From Nitrospirales bacterium (GTDB lineage: Bacteria; Nitrospirota; Nitrospiria; Nitrospirales; UBA8639), in contig OY820905.2 in assembly GCA_963555755.3 (NCBI GenBank), positions 1,120,001 through 1,184,000 on the forward strand: a stretch of 64,000 bases of DNA. Reading direction: 5' to 3'. Position 1 is the stretch's first letter; each line of letters starts with the position of its first letter. This document shows positions 56,532-64,000 of the stretch, piece by piece. The notes under the pieces were generated by a model, which searched no databases, was not told the origin of the DNA, and saw only the letters and a list, made by a program, of their open reading frames with translations. Both the position numbers and the translations under genes were made by a program.

Positions 56532-57037
56532 TAACATCACGATTGACTCGGGTAAAGAAATCGAACAGGCAACATGGTCACCGGCCCAGAGGTATACGAC
56601 CCTACTTCACAAGCTCAGAAATGGTTTCAAAGCCGACAAACACACTCCTGAATAGCCCCCTCGATCGCCTCTACCCAAAAAATCGATCTACAAAATATGG
56701 AATGTTCAACATAGTCGAACACCACCGGTTGAGAAAACCAAGAAAAAAACACTTCAAAACATCAACACCCTACCTTTATCTCAGCATTTTTATCTTGACA
56801 AAATTTAGGACTTACAAGATCATTCAATTTTCTGTAGCGGACAATCCTTTCATTTCGATGCCTGGTGTATTTTTATGCTGACCGTCTTTATCCCTACTCA
56901 TCATTCACGTGTGACAAACCCCGCGAGGGTTCCGATGAACACATATCGGTATCACCATCAGTTCTCGTGGATTGGGGGGTCTGTCATGACGTTAGAGCTG
57001 TCAATGAGTACTAAGACTGACCAAGGAGGGTCGCAGC

Positions 57038-58018
57038 ATGGAAACAGCTTTCAGCAGAAATGGACAGGTGTGGTCGATTATTCTGGCAGGAGGCGAAGGG
57101 ACGCGCCTCACGCCGATGGTCAAAAAATGGTTGGGGCAAGCCCTACCTAAACAGTACTGTGCCTTTGTTGGAACACGCAGCATGTTCCAACATACACTCG
57201 ACCGGGCACAGCAAGTGTCCTTTCCGGATCATACCGTGACCGTCATTGCACGATCGCATGGGGAATATGCACTTCCTCAATTCGGCCATCGTGCCTCCGG
57301 CACCGTTCTCATTCAACCTGAAAACCGTGATACCGCAGCAGGGATTTTCCTTCCTCTCACCTACATCCGCACCCGATCGCCCCATGCCATTGTGTCGATT
57401 TATCCTTCGGATCACTTCATTTATCCGGAAGCCCCGTTTGTTGACGCAGTCCACCAAGCCACGTGGACCGTCCAACGATTCCCTGATCGCCTGATCCTGC
57501 TTGGCATCGCGCCAGATCACACCGAATTGCAATATGGCTGGATCCAACCGGCTGAAGAACTGGAACATGTGGCTGGATATTCTGTCCGAGCGGTGGAGTC
57601 GTTTTTGGAGAAACCCACTCGCACAGAAGCTTTGGCTGCCCAGAATTCAGGAGCCCTCTGGAACACCTTTGTCATGGCCGTCAAGGCCAGTACGCTATGG
57701 GAATTGGGCTGGCGTTGCGTGCCGGAAATCATGCCGTTGTTCGACAAGCTGAGTCGGGCTATTGGCACCTCACAAGAAGGGCACATTCTTGACATGATTT
57801 ATCAGCAAATGCCCAAGAAGAATTTTTCATTTGATCTTCTACAAAAAATCCCAAACCGTATTGCAGTCATCGAAGTCAAGGGCGTGCTGTGGAGTGATTG
57901 GGGGCACCCGGAACGCGTAGTCTCTACACTTCGGAAAATTGGGAAAGCTCCAAGATTTCCAGAACATTTGGTTGGGGTTGGCGAGTCCACCCAAGCCGTG
58001 CATGAACTTAGCGGATAG
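57038..58018 (+). CDS. sugar-phosphate nucleotidyltransferase (mannose-1-phosphate guanylyltransferase-like)
   Basis: ILAGGEGTRL, PKQY, PSDH, FLEKP, WSDWG. Confidence 0.88.
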   Translation: METAFSRNGQVWSIILAGGEGTRLTPMVKKWLGQALPKQYCAFVGTRSMFQHTLDRAQQVSFPDHTVTVIARSHGEYALPQFGHRASGTVLIQPENRDTAAGIFLPLTYIRTRSPHAIVSIYPSDHFIYPEAPFVDAVHQATWTVQRFPDRLILLGIAPDHTELQYGWIQPAEELEHVAGYSVRAVESFLEKPTRTEALAAQNSGALWNTFVMAVKASTLWELGWRCVPEIMPLFDKLSRAIGTSQEGHILDMIYQQMPKKNFSFDLLQKIPNRIAVIEVKGVLWSDWGHPERVVSTLRKIGKAPRFPEHLVGVGESTQAVHELSG

Positions 58019-58051
58019 GGATTTGTGGAAATATCGAATGTAGAGATTTAG

Positions 58052-58390
58052 TTAGGCCACAGCAGATTCAAAGGCCTCTTCCTCGGTGCCGTAGATCGGA
58101 ATCATGGATGGAATATCTAAACTGTCGAGGAGGGTTTTCACATGCCCACGCGACGTCACCCAACTCATTCGCCGATGGAGCCCCGTAAACTGGACGTAGG
58201 CTAAGACCAAGAAACCTAGCCCTGCGCTATCGATATACGATAGGGATTGGAGATTAATCACAAGATGGTCTTGTTCATTCAGGCAACATTGATTCATGAT
58301 CGCTTTGAAGTTCCATCGAGCCGAAGAATCTAACCGACCGTGAAGATCCACGATCGTCGCCCCTTTGTGTCCTCTCACCACTACTTCCAT
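58052..58390 (-). CDS. STAS anti-sigma-factor antagonist
   Basis: GRLD, LSYIDSAGLG. Confidence 0.88.
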   Translation of the reverse strand: MEVVVRGHKGATIVDLHGRLDSSARWNFKAIMNQCCLNEQDHLVINLQSLSYIDSAGLGFLVLAYVQFTGLHRRMSWVTSRGHVKTLLDSLDIPSMIPIYGTEEEAFESAVA

Positions 58391-58578
58391 CAAGTGACAC
58401 CCTCCCCCCTTGGGGTATTTTGTCGGTCAATTACCTAGGGAACTTGATTAGGAAATTTACCCTAGTAGTTAAAACGTATTATTAATCTAACTCCGCGTAT
58501 CCGTTTGAAGATTTGTTCGTATTTTAGGAATCTATCTTTGTACTTCCTGTTGGATCTTGGTAAACTTTTTCTCGATTC

Positions 58579-60438
58579 ATGCCTCCTGCTATACACCCAG
58601 TCGACCTCATTCAAGTTCTTCGGTACAAACACCTCACGCCAGCTATTGTCTTTCTCACGTCCCGGCGCGCCTGCGACGAAGCTATAGACAGTTTCGACCA
58701 TCGCCATGTGCCCATCCCGCCCAAACGGACCGCTGCCATCCAACAGGTCTTGGCGCCCATCATTACGGAATACCCTAGTATTGCCCAACACCCCCTGATT
58801 CCAACCGTGGAACAATATGGAGTTGCGGCACATCACGCTGGGCACTTGCCCTCCTGGAAAATTGCCGTTGAAGAACTGATGCGCAAAGGCTGCCTTGATG
58901 CCGTCTTCGCCACCACAACCTTGGCCGCGGGCGTGGACTTTCCCGCACGAACCGTCGTCATTACACAATCGAGTGTACGCAAGGCTCGAGATTTTATGGA
59001 TTTAACTGTCAGTGAAATTCAACAACTCGCGGGACGCGGTGGACGACGAGGAAAAGACTTCGTGGGTTTTGTCGTCGTCACCCCATCACCGTACATCGAT
59101 ATCAACCACATTGCCAAAGGCTTAACGGGAAACCCCGAGCCGATCGACAGTCAATTCGTGATCTCATATCCCATGGTATTAAATTTATTGAAAGCCCACA
59201 CGATCGATCATATTCAACCAATTTTGGAAAAAAGTTTTGCCCAATACCAGCTCAACCAACGGGCCGATCATTTCGAGACCAAACTTGATGGGGTAGAGCA
59301 ACAGTTAACAGTCTATGGCCAACGAGAATGCGCTGACTGGATTACACAATGGCAATCATTTGAACTCGCAAAACGGCACCGGTCGCATCGTCACGTCAAG
59401 GTCCAACAGGAATCACCTGAAGTCCAAGCCCGCCTGGCCTTTCTGACGCCGGGACGAGTTGTAGGACTGTCACGCGAAAAAGGCATCGTGCTTCGGCAAT
59501 ACCGAAGTCGCGGCCAGGCCCATGCCATGTTGACAATCATCCGTAGCCGGGGACGCATTGTCGAATACCCAGCCGGGTCGGTGACGGAGGTGTTTGATCA
59601 AGTCATCGATATCGTGGAAACCCGATCATTCCCTTGGTGTACTGCAGAGTGTTTGGATCATGCCATTCAAGTGCTGGACGACCTACCCACACGAATGCGG
59701 CATTTGCCCATCCGAGTCGAGAGTGACACCACGGAGAATCCAATCCTCACCGAAACATTGAGCGATGAATTCCCTTGCCCCGCATGCCCCTCACGCCATG
59801 CATGCCGAAAAGACCATCCCCAAGCCTTACGCCTTCGGCAAGAAAGTCATCGCCTCACGAAATCCATTCACACGCTTCGCACTGAATTATGGCACCGCTT
59901 TCAACAACACATCGAAGTGTTGCAAAAGTTTGGGTACTTGACCGCCACCTCCCAACTCACGGCCGATGGCGACTGGGCACGCCTTATTCGGATCAACCAC
60001 TCGTTGCTGATCACGGAACTCATTCGCATGGATGCCTTCAATGGCATTGAGCCCGCACTGCTAACCGGAGTATTGGCAAGCATCGCGATTGATGATGATC
60101 GTCCAGGAGCTTTCCCACGGCGAAGTTCTGGACTGGGCTCGGTCTTGCGACAAGTGCGAACAGTGGCACATTCCCTTGCGACATACGAAGATCCTCCGCT
60201 TCTGCGTTCCGACATTGCCGCGGTGGCGGAACTGTGGGTGGGCGAACCAAACCTACCCTGGAGCAATTTGATTCGCATGACGTCCATGGCCGAAGGGGAT
60301 ATTTATCGCCTACTCGCTCGTACGCTGGAATATCTTTCCCAAGTGTACAGTCTGAAAGCCACACACCCCGGCCTCGCGAACATTGCCGATCAAGCCATGA
60401 ATCTCATGCGACGAGATATCTTGGAGGAATTGCCGTGA
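58579..60438 (+). CDS. Ski2/HelY-like helicase, C-terminal half
   Basis: Motifs IV-VI: IVFLTSRRAC, HHAG, ATTTLAAGVDFPAR, QLAGRGGRRG; C-terminal EGDIYR. Confidence 0.85.
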   Translation: MPPAIHPVDLIQVLRYKHLTPAIVFLTSRRACDEAIDSFDHRHVPIPPKRTAAIQQVLAPIITEYPSIAQHPLIPTVEQYGVAAHHAGHLPSWKIAVEELMRKGCLDAVFATTTLAAGVDFPARTVVITQSSVRKARDFMDLTVSEIQQLAGRGGRRGKDFVGFVVVTPSPYIDINHIAKGLTGNPEPIDSQFVISYPMVLNLLKAHTIDHIQPILEKSFAQYQLNQRADHFETKLDGVEQQLTVYGQRECADWITQWQSFELAKRHRSHRHVKVQQESPEVQARLAFLTPGRVVGLSREKGIVLRQYRSRGQAHAMLTIIRSRGRIVEYPAGSVTEVFDQVIDIVETRSFPWCTAECLDHAIQVLDDLPTRMRHLPIRVESDTTENPILTETLSDEFPCPACPSRHACRKDHPQALRLRQESHRLTKSIHTLRTELWHRFQQHIEVLQKFGYLTATSQLTADGDWARLIRINHSLLITELIRMDAFNGIEPALLTGVLASIAIDDDRPGAFPRRSSGLGSVLRQVRTVAHSLATYEDPPLLRSDIAAVAELWVGEPNLPWSNLIRMTSMAEGDIYRLLARTLEYLSQVYSLKATHPGLANIADQAMNLMRRDILEELP

Positions 60439-60532
60439 GTGTAAATGAACGATTACCTCATGTAGATAAGGATAAGGACAAGGACTCTGTAACCTCCCTC
60501 GCCCATTTGGAAAGAAGTAACACATTGCGATC

Positions 60533-61600
60533 ATGACAAACGACGAACTCTTGCAACATCTCAACGATCAATCAGTGAGACTTCTCCATCGATTAGCCAA
60601 AGGACGGGTGCCTCGCTATTTTCGAATGGGCAAACACCGCCTCATCCAAACATTGCTCGAACTCACCCCGGACCACCGGGCCCAACTTGTTATCGACATG
60701 GAAGAGTTAATCCACGCAGCCGCTCAAACAAAACCGACTGGGAAACGACCGGCAGAATCAAAACCGCAAGAACCCCCCACACAACCAAAATTGCCTGCCA
60801 CCTCAAAACATCGTTCGACCGAACATCCACCAGAACCAGCAATCACCATCAGCGCCTTTCTCCAAGGCATTGGCGTCCCGACAACCCAAACATTTACGCC
60901 TGATCAATGGCAAGAAGAAGCCATTGACCATTTAGCCACCTGCGATGTTATTGTCAGTGTGCCAACCGGCAGTGGAAAAACTTATGTGGCCATCGAAGCC
61001 ATGCGCCGGGCTATGGAATCTGATCGAACCGTCATCTATACCTCACCGCTCAAAGCGTTATCCAACACCAAGCTCACCGAGTTTTCACAGATTTTTGGTG
61101 CTGATCAAGTCGGCATTCTTACTGGCGATCGTCGTTACAACCCGCACGCTCCAATCCTGATCATGACGACGGAGATTCTTCGAAATTTGCTATACGACGC
61201 AGCAAGTGGCGAGATCGACCTTCGCCTGGATACGTTAGGCTTGGTCATCTTGGACGAATCGCAGTTTATCGCTGATCCCGAACGCGGCGTGGTATGGGAA
61301 GAGACGATCATCTTTTGTCCATCGCAATCACGGCTGCTCCTACTCTCGGCCTCAATCGGCAACCCCGATGAAATCGCCACGTGGATCAGTTCAATTCGAT
61401 CGACACCCTGCCAGGTCATCCACCATCGCAATCGATCCGTCCCTCTTCGCGCAGCCTACCTCGATCCAGTCGGCAAACTCTCCCCACTCTTCCGCACCAG
61501 AGACATCACCCACGGCAAAGGATTCACCCTCCACCCCGAAACCAAACGCCTCTTCACCGACTACGAAAACCAAACTCTCGGGCCGCGCTATCGGCGATAA
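60533..61600 (+). CDS. Ski2/HelY-like helicase, N-terminal half
   Basis: PTGSGKT, TSPLKALSN, MTTEILRN, DESQ, LSAS. Confidence 0.87.
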   Translation: MTNDELLQHLNDQSVRLLHRLAKGRVPRYFRMGKHRLIQTLLELTPDHRAQLVIDMEELIHAAAQTKPTGKRPAESKPQEPPTQPKLPATSKHRSTEHPPEPAITISAFLQGIGVPTTQTFTPDQWQEEAIDHLATCDVIVSVPTGSGKTYVAIEAMRRAMESDRTVIYTSPLKALSNTKLTEFSQIFGADQVGILTGDRRYNPHAPILIMTTEILRNLLYDAASGEIDLRLDTLGLVILDESQFIADPERGVVWEETIIFCPSQSRLLLLSASIGNPDEIATWISSIRSTPCQVIHHRNRSVPLRAAYLDPVGKLSPLFRTRDITHGKGFTLHPETKRLFTDYENQTLGPRYRR

Positions 61601-61674
61601 TATATTCCTAAGGCATACGGTCTTCTATAAATGAATTCTACCGTTCACAAAATAAAGTTATTTTCACCAGGCAA

Positions 61675-62742
61675 ATGTCAACAACCAACCAAGATCGAGT
61701 CAACGGATTGAACAACGAATCGATCAAAGATATTTACTTAGATGAAGAACTTCGAACTTCAATCAGATTGATTGAGTTAGGGTTTGGCGAATTACAAAAT
61801 TTAGATATGGCAAATGATTTTCATTTTCTGCCTTTTCAATTGCTTTCAAGTGGATTTGAACGTCTAATGAAATGCCATATTTGCTTAGGACATTTCGAGG
61901 CACACAGCGCATATCCTAAGACTAAGGAATTAAAGAGTTATGGTCATAACCTAACCGTGCTTAAAAATTCGATTTTAGCTTCGTTTTTTTCGGTACATGA
62001 TATACCTGCATTGCAGGAGGACATGGAGCTTCTAAAGCAGAACAATGAACTGGACCAATTGATCTCCTTGTTATCTGATTTTGGGGTAAATGCCAGATAT
62101 CATAATTTAGACCTTATTACGGAAAATAAAAAACCAAGCCAAGATGTAAAAAGGCGATGGGAGGAGTTTGAAAGCGACCTTCTAAATTCGCATCCTCATC
62201 TACTAGACAAATTAGGAAATACCGAAACTGCGCCCGAAGTCTTGGGTTTCATTACCCGGGCAATTATCATCAAATTAGAGAGATTCACCAGAGCACTTTG
62301 CAGACAATTCACAATGGGAAAACTTGGAAAGAAAGCTCTTCAATATTCATCCACTTTACATCAGTTCATATTGCTCGAAGACAGTAAACTAGGCAAGCGA
62401 GACTACAGAAAAGAGACAACCAATTTTCAAGCAAAAGAAAATCGTGTTCATTCACGAACCATTCTTGATGAGCTCCAAAGAAGAACAAATCCAAATTACA
62501 AACATGCAGTAATAACAAAAGAGGATTTCGCTGGAGAATGGCCATTTTACCATGAAGAAGTCATTATCGAATGCAGAGAAAAACATTGGTGTGTCATCAC
62601 TATAGATAATAAAGACTATGCCTTGAATGGAAGTGCCCATGGCAGATACAAGCTAGAATTTCCTAGGGAAGCAGGAATGTCAATTCCAGGAATATCAATT
62701 AACCCATTCATTGATATGGCATTAAAGCTGAAAAAAAATTGA
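61675..62742 (+). CDS. AT-rich hypothetical protein
   Basis: 355-aa ORF, visibly lower GC than neighbours. Confidence 0.75.
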   Translation: MSTTNQDRVNGLNNESIKDIYLDEELRTSIRLIELGFGELQNLDMANDFHFLPFQLLSSGFERLMKCHICLGHFEAHSAYPKTKELKSYGHNLTVLKNSILASFFSVHDIPALQEDMELLKQNNELDQLISLLSDFGVNARYHNLDLITENKKPSQDVKRRWEEFESDLLNSHPHLLDKLGNTETAPEVLGFITRAIIIKLERFTRALCRQFTMGKLGKKALQYSSTLHQFILLEDSKLGKRDYRKETTNFQAKENRVHSRTILDELQRRTNPNYKHAVITKEDFAGEWPFYHEEVIIECREKHWCVITIDNKDYALNGSAHGRYKLEFPREAGMSIPGISINPFIDMALKLKKN

Positions 62743-62764
62743 TTAGGATATTAAATAGTTGAAA

Positions 62765-62968
62765 ATTTTCATCTCGCCGTCCCACGCGTTGGGTGCGGCG
62801 GAGCCTCCGCCCCGAATCGGCTTCTCGGCGAGGGCTGTTTGAGCAGAGCGAGTTCCCGAGCCATCTTGGTTCGGGGCGGAGGCACCCGTAGGGCCGCGCA
62901 CGGGCGAAAATGGTTTTGGGTCCTTTTGCCGAAACAAAAGGGCCTCGTCTGCAGGGGCGAAACCCTGC
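62765..62968. repeat. structured repeat family G, copy 2
   Basis: Aligns with 48651-48853. Confidence 0.8.
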
Positions 62969-63115
62969 TAAGATTAAGTCTTAGCCCCCCCCACTTCGCA
63001 AGTGCCATATAATTTTGAGTAATTAGCAATCCAGGAAAATGTTCCTGCCACCTTATAACTTTTCTCGGCCTGTTCCGTTATTTCACTTAGGGTGGTAACG
63101 TGCTATAATTTCCTT

Positions 63116-63355
63116 ATGAGCAACGTAACCCGGCTTGAAAAAGAAATATTGGCCCTCCCACCGGAAGAACGGGAACGTCTCGCTTTGGCGGCATGGGAGA
63201 GTTTGGAAACCCAATCCGACAACCCCGATACCTTGCCCGACCAAGAAGGAATCACTCTCGCCCAACAACGCGACACTGAGTTGCAATCCGGTTCCGTCCA
63301 GCCTCTTACCCATTCAGAATTCTTACGACGCACAAATCCCGACGCGGCTGAATGA
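63116..63355 (+). CDS. addiction-module antitoxin component
   Basis: ILALPPEERERLA...WESL. Confidence 0.78.
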   Translation: MSNVTRLEKEILALPPEERERLALAAWESLETQSDNPDTLPDQEGITLAQQRDTELQSGSVQPLTHSEFLRRTNPDAAE

Positions 63356-63645
63356 ACCTCGAATTTCATCCGCTCACTGCCTCCGATCTTAACCACGCGA
63401 AAACACACTACAACCAGAAACAACCAGGATTGGGTGATGAGTTTCGAGCCGAGGTTTATGCTGCTATTGACCGCATCGTCCGTCATCCACGCCAGTACCA
63501 TATCATGGAACGAAACATTCGGCGTTGCCTAGTACACCGCTTTCCCTACTCGATCTATTTCCGAATCGTTGACATGGAAACGGTCAGAATTTTAGTTATT
63601 CGTCATCATAAACGTCACCCAGAATTTGGTTTAGGCCGAGGATAG
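63352..63645 (+). CDS. ParE/RelE toxin
   Basis: FHPLTASDL, GLGDEF, RFPYSIYF, IRHHKR. Confidence 0.85.
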   Translation: MNLEFHPLTASDLNHAKTHYNQKQPGLGDEFRAEVYAAIDRIVRHPRQYHIMERNIRRCLVHRFPYSIYFRIVDMETVRILVIRHHKRHPEFGLGRG

Positions 63646-63821
63646 CGGAAGAAAAGCAAGAAAACAGCCTCTGGCTACTCTCTTACCTTTCAACATGATA
63701 CCCTTGGAAAAAAGTGGGATGGTTTGCAGAAACTAAGGATTAAACCTTGAGTCCTGCGACAGCCTCAGGACGAACGGATATTGTTTATGGAAAATTGGGA
63801 AAAGAAAAAACTAAAGATACT

Positions 63822-64000
63822 TTACATCAAACGGCGTGAGGATAGTTTCTTTTTCGACTCTGGCTCTTTATTCGGCTCACAAATATCGCATTGGCACATC
63901 TTTCGAAGATTGCCAAAGGTGTACAGTCCAGTATCGTGTCCATCGCTCCAGATAAACCGCAGGGCATAGTTACCGACTTGTTCGATGTCTTTGAGCATCA
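63822..64000 (-). CDS. DUF971 / GBBH-like N-terminal domain protein (3' part only)
   Basis: IEQVGNYALRFIWSDGHDTGLYTF. Confidence 0.8.
   Translation of the reverse strand, partial: MLKDIEQVGNYALRFIWSDGHDTGLYTFGNLRKMCQCDICEPNKEPESKKKLSSRRLM

Overview
A 64-kb bacterial chromosomal window. Gene content and repeat style suggest Nitrospirales (inference). The housekeeping backbone includes metH, mutY/mutT, a cold-shock gene, tRNA-Leu(TAA), a Pal-like lipoprotein, proC, acs, ribE, an MFS transporter and a split Ski2/HelY helicase. It is heavily invaded by mobile DNA: three 1904-bp ISAs1-family elements whose transposase carries a DUF4338 (Mom-like) N-terminal domain and needs a -1 frameshift, two IS110 elements, one IS256, one IS1595, a RAYT gene inside perfect inverted repeats, at least seven families of short palindromic non-autonomous repeats, a probable group II intron fragment, and a decayed integron-cassette-like array with toxin-antitoxin genes. 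The most striking signal is at the two IS110 copies, where a complete RNA-guided recombination system can be read from the sequence. It comprises a CT core, donor ACGGTTG-CT-TGTAT, target GCATGCC-CT-GAGTC, a TTGACT-17-TATAAT promoter that exists only in the excised circle, and a non-coding bridge RNA whose two loops carry guides matching target and donor. The target is a ~25-bp palindromic module nested inside a MITE. All family assignments come from motif recognition; no database searches were run.
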